A program made the translations under genes and the position numbers. From a virus (lineage: Duplodnaviria; Caudoviricetes), in IMG/VR virus record IMGVR_UViG_3300048996_000092, positions 1 to 57,861 of that record: a stretch of 57,861 nt of DNA. One strand, given 5' to 3'. This document shows, one piece after another, positions 29,652 through 41,019 of this stretch (position 1 is its first letter; every line of letters begins with the position of its first letter). Below the pieces are notes generated by a model. The model was not told the DNA's origin, searched no databases, and saw only the letters and a program-made list of their open reading frames with translations.

Positions 29652-30290
29652 CACTCCTCCCCGGCGGCAGCGTCGCGCCGCCCCTCGTATCGTTCTCTTC
29701 TTCGTTCGCGGCGGGCCCACATGCGCTCAAGAGCGCAAACCCGACAGGAGCTGGATGGATGGCTCTCGTACGGCCTGTGTTTTCTCATCGTGCCCATGCC
29801 GCGCCCGCAATGACAATTTCCAAAGTCACGCCCGTGGGCTTCCCATTCTTTTCGCCAGCGCTTCACCATCAAAGCGCGTTCCAGTTGAAACCTCTGCATC
29901 GCTGTTCCCCTTGCTGCGGGCGGGATTGCCCGGAGTAGGGGTCACGAATGTTTCCTTCTGCATCGCCAGTCCCACCAGATGACAAACACGCCGCATAGAA
30001 ACCCGCCGGCAAAGGCCAGCCACTTCCACCCTGGAGGCGCGCTCGCCGTCATCCCTGCCAAGGGCGCTGCCATCAGCAGCAGGCAGGTGCGCAGCGTCAT
30101 GAATCAATTCCGTCAACCCACCACACGTGCTCGCACGTCGTACACGTATACCGGTGATCCTCATATCCGCCGCAGTGCGATTCCCATAGCTGATGCTGCA
30201 CTGTCTGTCGGCCGCATAGCCTGCAGAAAAGACTCGTCTCGGCCGGCTCTGAAAAGTCGCCATAGCAATCCGCGATAGTGCCGGTGTGCG

Positions 30291-30557
30291 TCACTTGGCT
30301 CCCGCGTACTCAGCGCCAATCAACCGCGCTTCGATCTCAGTCAATGTGCGGAAAAGACTCTTGTGCACTTCGGTCGCCCGGTTGTTATCAGCAACGAGCA
30401 GCCATACGTCGCCGTCGCGCTGATAGACAGATTCCAGGTCGATGTAAGGCGGGCTGCCGAGGAGGCGCATGAGCCACAGGTTCCGGTGTCGGAAGGTGAC
30501 GCGCATGCGCGTCCGTCCAGGAACCGCGCTGATGAGCCTGCTATCCAGTTCCTTCAT
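30291..30557 (-). CDS. Hypothetical protein, tandem paralog of 30541..30825
   Basis: RLISAVPGRTRMRVT. Confidence 0.65.
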   Translation of the reverse strand: MKELDSRLISAVPGRTRMRVTFRHRNLWLMRLLGSPPYIDLESVYQRDGDVWLLVADNNRATEVHKSLFRTLTEIEARLIGAEYAGAK

Positions 30558-30825
30558 TTTCCGCCTCCTCGCTCCGCTTCAAAATTAGCTCTTCAATCTC
30601 TGAGAGCGCCGCCGCCATACGTGGGGGGCATTCAGCGCCGCCAACCAAGCGCCACTTCTCCCCGCTCCCCTGGTAGATTCCGAACACTTCAGAGGGAAGC
30701 CACCACGAAATCAGTAGTTGCGCCCAAAATGGGTGCCTAACTCGCCATGTGACACGCATGCGGGTACGTCCTGGCAGTGCAGTGATCAGTCGGCAGTTGA
30801 TGCAAGTGAATGAACTGCTAAACAT
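30541..30825 (-). CDS. Hypothetical protein, tandem paralog of 30291..30557
   Basis: RLITALPGRTRMRVT. Confidence 0.65.
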   Translation of the reverse strand: MFSSSFTCINCRLITALPGRTRMRVTWRVRHPFWAQLLISWWLPSEVFGIYQGSGEKWRLVGGAECPPRMAAALSEIEELILKRSEEAENEGTG

Positions 30826-31062
30826 CCACGAACTCCACCGCGTTCAGCCGTTGGGCGATCTGCCCGGCCTGGAATTCGTTTTTGTGGGCGTTCCAGAAAC
30901 CGCGACAACACACTTGAGACCCCTTCGGCGCGTGATGACAGATACGGTGACCCTTGAAGCCCATGTGCGGATCGCGCACCGCGTCTTCCAGGGCTTTCAG
31001 GTCGAGGGACGAGTCGGGTCGATAAATGCACGTGGCGCACATGCGCTGCTGGACCTTGAACG

Positions 31063-31281
31063 TCATAAACGCCGCGCCTCGAACATGGCTGTTATAGGCA
31101 ACAGTCGGCGCGCATCCAGTACCTCGATGCCAAGTAGCCGACCGTCAGCGCCGAAGTCCAGATTGATAGTGCCAGCGCGCTTGTCGCAGGCATAAGTCTT
31201 GACCGCAGAGCCGGGCGCAGCAGGGGCGTCATCAAGGTAGATATACGCTGCGTCAGCTTGTTCGTCGTATTGGATATGCAT
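31063..31281 (-). CDS. DUF2283-domain protein
   Basis: YDEQADAAYIYL..INLDF..GRLLGIEVLDA. Confidence 0.85.
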   Translation of the reverse strand: MHIQYDEQADAAYIYLDDAPAAPGSAVKTYACDKRAGTINLDFGADGRLLGIEVLDARRLLPITAMFEARRL

Positions 31282-31913
31282 GGCCCATTGGCCTCCTCAC
31301 GGCTCGATAGGTCCAATCATTCTGATTGCGTTGTTGCTGCCTCGATACTGGCGCACGAAGTCCGCGAAGGAGACGTCCTGTGGGCACCGCGCCCGAATAC
31401 GGGATGGCGCGCCCTCCGCTGCGACGGCACATATGGCGCAAAGCGCATATGAACCAAAGATCACCCCGCCGACTTCAGTGGAATCCGTGTAATCAACGGC
31501 ACACCCGTCGCACACAACGATTCTGCCTATGTCGATGCTCTCGCCAGGATTCTCCGCCGCCTTTTCCCATGCGCGCTCAAGATCCCGGTTCATTGGCCGT
31601 TTGAACATTTCAGTATCTCCAGAACGTTGGCGCGGGTGGCCTCGTACTCGCGGGAAATCTGCTGCAGCTTGGCGACGAGCTGGGCAGTGGTTCCATTCTC
31701 TTGGGCTACGCGATACGCGGCAAAGTGGGCGATATAGGAATCCGCGGCAACCATGTACAAGCGGATCATAAATGTGTCCGTGATCCTTGCCCCGCCGATT
31801 AGCCCCTGGAAAACTTGCAGACGTTCCTGTGTGCTCAAGTGTGCGGTGGCGCCGTTAATGCACCCCGCGCAGACCGCATGGGCGCGGTCGATTCGAGTGC
31901 CCGCATCGTTCAT

Positions 31914-32516
31914 TCACTTGACTCCGAGAACTTTCGCCAGCGCGTTGTACGCGATCTGGCCACGACAGAAGTCGTCAGAGAAATTTTCGGCGCCCGGCAC
32001 ATTGGCACGAATGTCATCTGCCTTCTCACGCCGCCCTTGCTTGAGATTGATCCAAGCTTTTTCAGCTGCGGCCACAAGCGCCGCGACGCCGTCAGGCTGA
32101 ACGCGCGTGGGCTCGATCGCCGGACCTTTGTGGACCACCAGCTGACCGCCGTTTTTCTTCCGGTCAGTGGTGCGCCACCCGTATGCGGTGGTGATCGGAA
32201 CCCCAACCTTGATCGCGGCGGCCTTCACCTTCATGCCTTGTGCGACCAAGGCGTATAGCTCTTGCTTCTTAGCGTCCTTGTCATCGGCGGGAGCGGGCTC
32301 GTGCGCGTGTCCGTTCTTCTTTGTAGCAACGACGAGTGCCGTGGATTTAATAACCGGCGCCGCGCCTGGGGGCTCGTCTGGAAATCTCTTGAGCCAGTTG
32401 GCAAGCATGCTAGAGCAGATGCCGCGCTTGGCTAGAACCTGTTCAGTTGGAATGCCCGCACGGCGCATTCGAACCGTCTCGATCTTGAACTCATCGGTAT
32501 ATGCTTTGCGTTTCAC
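31914..32516 (-). CDS. Double-HTH protein with IS3 OrfA-like N-terminus
   Basis: KRKAYTDEFKIETV..GICSSMLANW; second HTH GMKVKAAAIKVGVPITTAYGW. Confidence 0.65.
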   Translation of the reverse strand: MKRKAYTDEFKIETVRMRRAGIPTEQVLAKRGICSSMLANWLKRFPDEPPGAAPVIKSTALVVATKKNGHAHEPAPADDKDAKKQELYALVAQGMKVKAAAIKVGVPITTAYGWRTTDRKKNGGQLVVHKGPAIEPTRVQPDGVAALVAAAEKAWINLKQGRREKADDIRANVPGAENFSDDFCRGQIAYNALAKVLGVK

Positions 32517-32877
32517 GCTCGTCTCCGGTGCAGTGCTTCAGCGGCCTTGATTGAAACAACCACGGCCTTCGCGCGACGTTTGACCCTTGACGCGAAAAGG
32601 ATGTGCTTGGCTTCCAGCTCTTTCTGATCTACGAACTTCACGCGGTCGTCTGATACAACGGCGACAGAATCGACCAGCGTTTGCCGCAGTCTCAGTCGCT
32701 CTGCGTGCTCAAGCACGCGATCTGCGCCTTCGTTTCCCCACCGATGCATATAGGCGCGACATCGCGCACAGGTGCTGCACCTCGTTGTGGCTTCTCTCTC
32801 TCTACACTTCACACAAGCGGCCATGGTGATCCTCCAATCTAGGGGAACGTGAGTTGAACAACAGCCCGCGACACACA

Positions 32878-33186
32878 TCACCGCCGTGGAGTTGCGAGAC
32901 GCTTAAGTTTTAGCTTAAGCAGCGCGACCCGCGATTGATGGCTGTGAGTGAGCAAGCAGAAGAATTCATAGTCGCGCCCCTTCATGGACCGCGCACCTGA
33001 CTCCCATTGTTGCCAGGAGCGAAGCGAAGTAGTCATGAGTAGGGCGCACTCTCGTTGAGTGAGCCCGACGCTCTTTCGAACGGCGGTGACATCTTTGGGC
33101 GTAGCGTTGGCTTTTGAGCGGCTACATAAAGCACGAAGTTCGGGCAGAGGATTCTTGTGGTTTTTTGTATTCTTGTGGACGGGCAC
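32878..33186 (-). CDS. XRE-family HTH transcriptional regulator
   Basis: VRKSVGLTQRECA..SLRSWQQWESG. Confidence 0.8.
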   Translation of the reverse strand: MPVHKNTKNHKNPLPELRALCSRSKANATPKDVTAVRKSVGLTQRECALLMTTSLRSWQQWESGARSMKGRDYEFFCLLTHSHQSRVALLKLKLKRLATPRR

Positions 33187-33831
33187 GCAATGTTCCTCCG
33201 AGACCTTCTTTGTTGGTCACTGATGCGGCGCCGGTGTGGGCGGCAATAATCGGCGCAGGTGATGTGCAATGGGGGGCGCATGATATGCGCGGAGTTGCGA
33301 CTGCAACCCCTGGGATTTCCGAAAGCCCGCGTGTTCCCTTGCACTGCATGTGTGGCGGTCTCCCTTCAGGTCTCGTAAAGAACTACCGACCGCCCCTGAT
33401 TATTAATTGGTGGCGCGCGATCTATCAACAGTCTTTCCCGCAGCCTTCTTGTACACATCGGCGATCAGGCGCTTCAATGCTCGACCCTCGTCTGTACTAT
33501 TCAGGCCGGAAAGTGCGTATGCCCGCGACAGAACATAAAGCAAGTCCGCGCAGCAGGTGACCACACGGGCGAGCGCCTTGGAATCTTTACTGTCGCCGTA
33601 GACCAGGGCGACCGGTGTTGAGTCATCGGCTCGTACGACCTCGATGCCTGCCGCGGTGGTTCTGAGCGCCAATCCTTGTGGCAATTGGCCGTGGTTGTCT
33701 GTAGTACCCATGTCGCGGCAGCCTCGTGTCCTGCGGTTCGATGGTGCGCCGAGCCTGGAGCTATCATGAAGACGTGCACGGTACGCACACAAGACTAAGA
33801 CCGAACAGGCACCCCTGGCTTTGTAGTGCTC

Positions 33832-34040
33832 TATGATAGGTTCGGCGGACGATCAGGCCCAGGTTATTGATTTGTTAGAGGGCATTGGTGGAGAGGGAGT
33901 CCGCGTATTGACTGTCGCAGCCCGCCGCATCTCGTCGCAATTTATCTCGCGCCTCAGTCTCTTAGGTGCTAACCCGTACTCGCATCCCGTCGCATGGTGT
34001 CGCAACTCACTGCAGGAGTTATGATAGGTAGGATGATAGG
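33832..34040. promoter_or_regulatory. Divergence region; candidate attP-like or divergent promoter site
   Basis: ATGATAGG at 33833, 34021 and 34033; IHF-like GGTTATTGATTT at 33862-33873; tRNA-3'-like CTCCCTCTCCACCA on the minus strand at 33886-33899. Confidence 0.4.
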
Positions 34041-34060
34041 ACACCACGGAGGCAGACCCA

Positions 34061-34921
34061 GTGACGAAGAAGACGCGCGAGCAAATTGCCGCCCGGCCAC
34101 ACAACAAAAAGCCGCCCACCCTTCACGAGCCGCCGCTTCGATACGGCACCAAGCCGCCAACTGAGAAATCCAAATCAGGCGACCTCGCATGGCTAGACGT
34201 CAAGGGGCGTCTGCACATGCTTGTCGGCGACAACCGCGGCGGCTGGCGGGATGTGGGCGACAGCGGGCTAGCTGCGAGTCAGCGGGCCGCGGCAATGTGT
34301 GCTGCAGCCATTTGTGCGCCGCCAGACGCCACGCCAGAAGAACTACAAGCAATGATGGCGACGGCCGCCGCATTGACCATTCCTATGTTTACGCGATCTG
34401 GCAAGCAAGTGTTGGAGATCCGCAAGTTCGATGCAGTCACCGGACAATGCGCGTGTCTCGTGGAGGGCGGCGCACTTCGCACTTTGAAATACACCAGCCT
34501 TGCGCACCACTTCGGCGATCCCGGAAAGCGCGCGCACTTGAAGGCGGCGGCGCTTCGTATGTCAACCCAATCAACGACACAACACGAATACGCATTCGAG
34601 ACGACGTTGACTGCGGCGATACGTGTCAAGGCCGCGACCGAGGAAGAGGCGCGCGCCATGCTGAGGGCGGAACTAGATTCGGCGAATTCAAACCTTGGCG
34701 CATGGCCGAGTGGCGAGCCGATTCTGTGCGAAGTCTCACTGTTCCTCATCAAGGGGCCGCCATACGAGATTGATGGACGCGAGGCCGTGCCGACCGGCTG
34801 GAAGAAGTGCAAGACATGCGGCGGTGATGGATCGCATCCGCGCCAGGAAGACCAAGACTGCGAGGACTGCGGCGGTAGTGGTGACGTGCCGACAGGCTAC
34901 CAAGGCGACCACGGTGCCTAA
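34061..34921 (+). CDS. Multidomain hypothetical protein with C-terminal DnaJ-type CxxCxGxG zinc finger
   Basis: CKTCGGDG..CEDCGGSG. Confidence 0.6.
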   Translation: MTKKTREQIAARPHNKKPPTLHEPPLRYGTKPPTEKSKSGDLAWLDVKGRLHMLVGDNRGGWRDVGDSGLAASQRAAAMCAAAICAPPDATPEELQAMMATAAALTIPMFTRSGKQVLEIRKFDAVTGQCACLVEGGALRTLKYTSLAHHFGDPGKRAHLKAAALRMSTQSTTQHEYAFETTLTAAIRVKAATEEEARAMLRAELDSANSNLGAWPSGEPILCEVSLFLIKGPPYEIDGREAVPTGWKKCKTCGGDGSHPRQEDQDCEDCGGSGDVPTGYQGDHGA

Positions 34922-37437
34922 CTCAAAGCAGGGAGACCGCGGGCGCTCCGTTCATTTCCAAGCAATTCTAGCGGCATGTGCTGTCGCATTTGTCATTGCC
35001 GAATTCTTCGAGGTGACCCGCGCGGGGGCCGTCATCTTGGGAGGAGTGCTGGGCATGGGCGCGTTTTTGACTGTTCGCATCTGGCTCAGGCGCCGATGAA
35101 GCGACTGCAACTGATCTGCGGCAAATGCGGCGCACAGGTGAGAGCGCTTGCCAACGGTAACTTGCCCGAGCACTTAAGCTCCAGACACACGCGCGTGCGC
35201 GGCCACAGATGGCAGCGCCTTCGATGTGACGGGCTCAACGTTGAGTCGCCGGTTCGCGTGTTCCTGGGCTGCCCATATCGAGATCCGATTATGGCGGACG
35301 GGTGGTTGGCGTTTCATCAGGGGCGAGCGGCCCCCAAGGGACTATGGCCGCGAACTCGCGGCAAGTCGTATGCATGGCGACAAGGATGGATCAAAGCAAA
35401 GTTGGCGGCGCAACAGGGAAAGCCGAGGTGCTGACAATGGACAGCAACCAACTGAGAGCCATGCGCGCAATCCTCGCGGGCGAAGCTAACGGGACGGGCT
35501 TCCCGCAGATGTCGCAGCCAATGCTGTACGTCCTACTAGAGCGCAAGTGGGTAGAGAACGTCGGCCACTTCGGCAGCTACGTTTACAAGAGCACGCAATT
35601 GGGGCGGAGCACGGTGCTGGCCGCCGGATCAAAGGGAGGTCAGTAGTTTATGCCTAAGAAGAGACCCGAGGCCGAGCCGGAGATCCGCGTCGGCATTTGC
35701 TGCGGTTGCCAGCAAGACTCCATGCAGCTCTACAAGGTGCCAAACGTCTTTCGATACCGATGTGCGCTGTGCTTTCTGAAAGAGACCGGCTACCAGCACC
35801 ACTTGGCGCCGCGTATCGCCCCGCCGCTGATCGACACCACCACCACACTGCCCGCGGCATTACGCGAGGACTCCTGACATGGCAAAGAAAACTGTTGAAA
35901 TCGACGTCGATGAGGTTGACGTCTTGCGCGCGCACGCGGTCGGCGCTGCTCTCAGTAAAGCGCGCCCCAAAGACTATATGACCAACGTGCCTGCCCGTGA
36001 GGCGTGGGAAGAGGCCGTGAGGCAGGTGGCGGCCGTGGTGTGCACCGCCGACGGCACGAGCCTGACGCGGTTCTACGGCCTATGCGGCGTGCTGCCGTGA
36101 CAGCAACTGAAAAACTGGCGCTCGCATTGCTGCGCCGCCTAGTCGGCGAGGGGCGCGAGTTCCCGGACGCGCTGCACACCGTTCGCGAAACGCATCAGCT
36201 GTCGGAGCGCGCACTTGCGCGAGTTGTTGCTGCATATGACCAGGGGGCGAAATGACACTGCCAACCGAGCCGAAACACTTACAAACGCGCTACGGGGCGC
36301 GGGTAACCCGTATGCACGAGGTCACACACACGGACGACAATTGGTTTGTTGTCTGCGACGTTGAATGGCCGGACGGGCAAAAGAAAGAACGTCGGCCATA
36401 TCACCCCGGCGAAATCTTGTATGAGACTGACGAACACGGGTTCGGCCACAAGGAAGTATGCGACATGAGCGCAGCCGTCATGGAGCACCTGGGCGCGCAT
36501 GGCACGTGGGATGAGAAAGGCAGATGGACCGCCCACGGCGCAAAGACGCCGAAGCGCCGCGGGTCACCCGCATGAGTAAGTACAAAGAGGGTGACACCGC
36601 GAAGTTGACCAACCTGGGCGGCTATCTGAATGGCCTGCGCGTGGAGGTTCGTGCTGTGTCGAAGACTACAGGCGGGGTGACAGTCCGACTGTTGGAACAA
36701 CCCTCCGGCACCGCGTACCGCAGGGGCGACGACATTCATGTGATGCCGTACGAACTGAAGAGGGAGGGCGACAATGTTTCAGCGTAACAGCAGGCCAGCG
36801 CCGAAGACGCGCAAATGGTCAGTGCACTTGGACGACGGCACATTCGTTGGCTACGTCTGGCAAACCACCGACGAGTTGGCGCGCCTAGAGGCGCTGTCAC
36901 AGTTCGGCGATGCGGGTAAGCCGCTGCACGAAAAAGAATTCAGCGTGATGGAGCGTTAACCCATGGATCAAGCAACTCCAATGACCGAGCTGCATAAGGA
37001 CGCAGCAGCGCTCCGCGCATCCTTCATGCGAAACAAGGCGATTCTGCTTAGAGCGCTACGCAATGCCGAATTGCCCGATTCGTTCCTTGAGGGCTGGCAG
37101 CAAAAACTAGACCGCATGTGCAGTTTGGCCGCGCCACCGACAGAGATCCCCGCACCAATGAAAAAACTATTCAACGTCTCAGTTAAATATCCCAAGCAAC
37201 CGCGAGATCGTAGCTGGTCTGTGTTTCGCTACGCTGTCCTGGCTGAGTCAGTTGAGCACGCGGAGCAGAGGATGCGCGCAGAGCAGGTAGGGCATCGTCA
37301 ATACATTGACATCTACGCGCGCGAAGTGACAGACGGCATCATGGGCCGCGACAACTATAGATCCAAGGACGGCGAGAAGTTCAGCCGCGGCGAGAAGCCG
37401 ATGAGTGAAAGCCCGCTGTTTGCGGAGTGATTCCGCC

Positions 37438-38019
37438 ATGTACTCGCGCATGAAGAAGGGGCTCACCATTGAACAAAAGCGCGCTCGCGCGCGAGTGAGC
37501 AAGACGAGTGAGCGCGCCTATTTTATGTTTGGCCTTGGATGCAAACGGCTATCGGATGTCTATGTTCACCCGGAAGACATGCAGAAGGTCGCGAACTATA
37601 TTGACGCGGCCAACGCAAAGCGCTTTCGTGGCCGCCGACCACCGCGCATCATCAAGGCGCCGCCTCCACGTGGCGGATATACCAAGCAACAGTCTGCCGA
37701 GATGTTGGGTCGCGACGTTGGCTACGTCGAACGTTGTTTGCGAAAGGGCGTTCTGAAGTATCTGCCGCGCCACGGCGGTCGACAGCGCTATGTCAGCGGC
37801 GAGTCTATTCGACACGAAAAGCGGCTGCTGGAAGCGCTGGCACTGCTGACAACTGATCAGGCAGCTGCATACCTAAGCAGCCGCGGCGTGCACGTGGCCG
37901 CCAAGACACTGATCAACTGGCGATACAAAGGGATCGGCCCGAAGGCCAAGCTACTGCCGCGGCACAACACGCGGTATTCGCCGCGTGAGTTGGACCGATG
38001 GATGAACGCACGCACATGA
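37438..38019 (+). CDS. DNA-binding protein with two excisionase/MerR-like HTH domains
   Basis: YTKQQSAEMLG..; LLTTDQAAAYL..KTLINWRYKGIGP..RYSPRELDRW. Confidence 0.7.
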   Translation: MYSRMKKGLTIEQKRARARVSKTSERAYFMFGLGCKRLSDVYVHPEDMQKVANYIDAANAKRFRGRRPPRIIKAPPPRGGYTKQQSAEMLGRDVGYVERCLRKGVLKYLPRHGGRQRYVSGESIRHEKRLLEALALLTTDQAAAYLSSRGVHVAAKTLINWRYKGIGPKAKLLPRHNTRYSPRELDRWMNART

Positions 38020-38862
38020 AGCCAGCAGCCCAGACCGCGTTACTAGGGGAGACCACAAATGTTTAAAGACTCGGAGATAGAGAGCATCAGCGGCCATCTG
38101 GTGATCGTGGCTATGCACTACGACGACAACGCAGCCGACCTACGCAAGGCGAAGGCGGCTCCGGACCCGCAACGAGACGGACCGAATGCTGGCGCGGCTT
38201 ACGAATCACTGGCGCAACAGTTCGAGCGACAAGCCAAAGAGGCGCGGGCTTTTGCCGAGCGCATCGAGAACCGCGAGTCTGGCTCATGACTGCCACACCG
38301 CCGGATCGTGTCAGGTGCAGTAAGTGCAAGGTTGAGTTCCCAGATCCAATGAACCACACGGGTTGCTGCGAGGAACCTGGATGCAGCGGCATCGCGGAGC
38401 GGTACTACCCGGATGATCGGATCGGGCAGATGACCGGGCGCCAAACGCCGCCAGGACTGACACAACAGGAGCGCGCAGACATTACAGCGGCTCTGGAGGA
38501 TGTGTGTGATGAGTCCAGGCGGCTGCGGCAGATTGTCAATAAACGGAAGTGCACCGCGGAGGGCAAATGAAAACGGCGAGCAAACAGCAGGTCGTCATTG
38601 ACGCACTCAAGATCGTATCGGGCTTTGAGGACTGGCGATTCAAGCAAGGGTCGCGGGGCACGGTGATTGTGATGAGCTGTCACGACATCGAATACGAGCT
38701 TGCAACTGATGGCGCCCTGACCGCGCTTCCGCTGGAAAAGTGCGACAAGTGTCACGACACCGGCTTGGTCCAGAAAAAAGGATCTTTCTCTGCCAAGTCA
38801 TGCGACTGCGTGCTTGGGCGCCGCAAGTCAGAGGTAGCCGCGAGAGACCAGGGGTTCATCAA

Positions 38863-39540
38863 ATGAGAACAGCCATCACCCAAGTCAGCGCGCGTCCAAT
38901 CATCGAGCGCAAGGCGCGTGTCCCAGCTGAGTACAATGAGGCGGTCAAAGCATTGGCGGCATGCGTAACGCTGGATGAAGCCAAGTATTGGGATGACAAG
39001 GCAGAGGCACTGAAAGCCTGGGCCAAGATATATGGAGACGATGAAGCCGGCTTGTCGGCGCGCCGGTTGAAGTTGCACGCGTATCGCCGAATGGGGGAGC
39101 TGGCCATGCAGATGCGCCCGTGGAAACCCGGCGCACGCAAAGGCTGCAAAATGGGTGAGGGCGCGGGCAAAGGGGTGCCGTCACTGCTGGTCGAGCACGG
39201 TCTGCCCATGCACAAAGCCAATGCCGCCAGCGCGGCGGCGCGAATGCCAAGACGAAAGTTTCAGGCGCTGGTCAATCAGCCAAAGCCACCGGCGCCAAAC
39301 GCATTGCTGGCCAAGTTTTCGGACCGCAACGTCACAACAGCGTGGCGTGAAATCTCCGGCGTCATCGGCGGCAATTCCCTTCTCGGATTTCGCGGATGGT
39401 GCAGATCACGCGACGCGCGCCAACTGGCCAGAGCACTAACCCAGACGGAGACCGCGAAGGCACGGGAGTGCGCGCGGGAGGCTGCCGAATGGCTTGACGA
39501 GTTCGAACGCAATCTGAGACGCGCAGGGAAGTCAAAATGA
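38863..39540 (+). CDS. Helical phage protein, paralog of 29037..29651
   Basis: AVKALAACVTLDEA..EALKAWAKIY..RLKLHAYRRMG. Confidence 0.75.
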   Translation: MRTAITQVSARPIIERKARVPAEYNEAVKALAACVTLDEAKYWDDKAEALKAWAKIYGDDEAGLSARRLKLHAYRRMGELAMQMRPWKPGARKGCKMGEGAGKGVPSLLVEHGLPMHKANAASAAARMPRRKFQALVNQPKPPAPNALLAKFSDRNVTTAWREISGVIGGNSLLGFRGWCRSRDARQLARALTQTETAKARECAREAAEWLDEFERNLRRAGKSK

Positions 39541-40367
39541 GTGAGGCTCAATACAAGATCGACCCGCGCAATATCCACATTGGCACCACCAGCGACGGCG
39601 TGGAGATTCGGATTGTTGACGGCGTCGGTCTCAGCCTGACAGTTAGCGATCAAACGATTGTCCGCCCTATTCTCGATGTGCACGCGCTCATGCATATCGG
39701 CAAGTGTGTATGCGAGAGCGGCTTTGGGAAGGTCGTGCCTGTGTGCAATGCATACATAGACGGCGGCGAATGCTGTCTGACGTGCGACCACCCGCGGGGG
39801 TGTCACGCCGAGGCGGTTGTCACATGGACTTGCCCAAAATGCACAGCGCTCAATAGGGACGACTATCACCGCGTTTGCTGTCATCGGTGTTTCGCGTTGC
39901 GACCGCCGAACAATTCCATGGCCGCGGAGCTGAGAGAAATGGTCAGCACGCTTCGACGCACTCCCGTCTCACTGCGGGACATCATTCCATTGTTACAGCG
40001 CGCCGCGGACGCGATCGACACGCCAGGGGACCCATGGATCAGCGTTGACGACGAGCTGCCCGAAGTGGGCGAAGACGTTTTCTACGCATTCAACGGGTGC
40101 ACGTTCAGGGGCAAATACTTTGGCGCTGAGAATGAAGACAGGCTGCCCTGCTTCGGCGGCGCCGCGGGCTTCCTGACCGGCGACGTCATGTTCTGGATGC
40201 GTGTGCCGAAGGCACCAGCAAGTACGCGGCTTGATCTGAGAAAGGAACCAATAGGAGCCGCCGATGGAACCGAATTCTGTGTCGCGCGCTCGCCGCAAGA
40301 TACAGGCTTGGAATGCAGAAAACCTTTTGGACACAACGGGCGACATTCATGGGAGCAGGCGCAATGA
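39537..40367 (+). CDS. Mosaic protein with zinc ribbon and DUF551-like segment
   Basis: WTCPKCTALN..C..C; WISVDDELPE..VMFWMRVP. Confidence 0.6.
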   Translation: MSEAQYKIDPRNIHIGTTSDGVEIRIVDGVGLSLTVSDQTIVRPILDVHALMHIGKCVCESGFGKVVPVCNAYIDGGECCLTCDHPRGCHAEAVVTWTCPKCTALNRDDYHRVCCHRCFALRPPNNSMAAELREMVSTLRRTPVSLRDIIPLLQRAADAIDTPGDPWISVDDELPEVGEDVFYAFNGCTFRGKYFGAENEDRLPCFGGAAGFLTGDVMFWMRVPKAPASTRLDLRKEPIGAADGTEFCVARSPQDTGLECRKPFGHNGRHSWEQAQ

Positions 40368-40716
40368 ACACCGTCAAAGTTAAGAAAACAGAATTGCTGG
40401 CAAAGCTTCAGACAAACCGCGACAGCCATCGCGAACTTTTCCTGAAAGCGCAGGAAGGCTATAGACAGCTGGTCATCGCTGAGTTGGACAAGTCACTCAA
40501 GGAAGCGCGCGAGGGCCGTAACATTCGCACGCACATCCGCCTTGAGGCGCCGCATGACCACACGGACGAATACAACAACGTGATCGAAATGCTGCGCATG
40601 AGCGTTGACGACACCATTGAGCTGGAGGCGCACGCGTTCCAGTGCTACGTCATGGACAAATGGACTTGGGCCGCCGCGGATCTGTTGACCAAAACCGCGT
40701 ACCTGGGTGCTATCAA

Positions 40717-41019
40717 GTGAGCAGCCGCACGAAGGAACAGCGGCCTTCACTGGAAGACTTACGTGCCAAGATCGAGGCATCCCGCGAAGCGCCAGACGTG
40801 TCGCCGGCAACAAGAGGGCAGGAATTTGCCGTGCGCGCGCTCACGTCTCAAGTCGTCGCATGGCAAGCCGCATACCTTTGGCACGCTGGTATCACGCAGA
40901 AACTGCTTTCCGGATTCCCCCTGGGTGGGGACGGCGCGCAGAAAGATGAGTACGAGGCAATGGAGTGGGAGCTGCAGGAGGGCGCGTCCCTGATCCGCGA
41001 GAGGTTACCGCAGCCATGA
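40717..41019 (+). CDS. Hypothetical protein, paralog of 50822..51115
   Basis: AWQAAYLWHAGIT..EGASLIRERL. Confidence 0.6.
   Translation: MSSRTKEQRPSLEDLRAKIEASREAPDVSPATRGQEFAVRALTSQVVAWQAAYLWHAGITQKLLSGFPLGGDGAQKDEYEAMEWELQEGASLIRERLPQP

Larger units (their letters stand above)
23016..33711 (-). other. Leftward arm of about 35 small, tightly overlapping accessory ORFs
   Basis: Near-continuous chain of ATGA/GTGA-coupled minus-strand ORFs, many Cys-rich. Confidence 0.8.
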
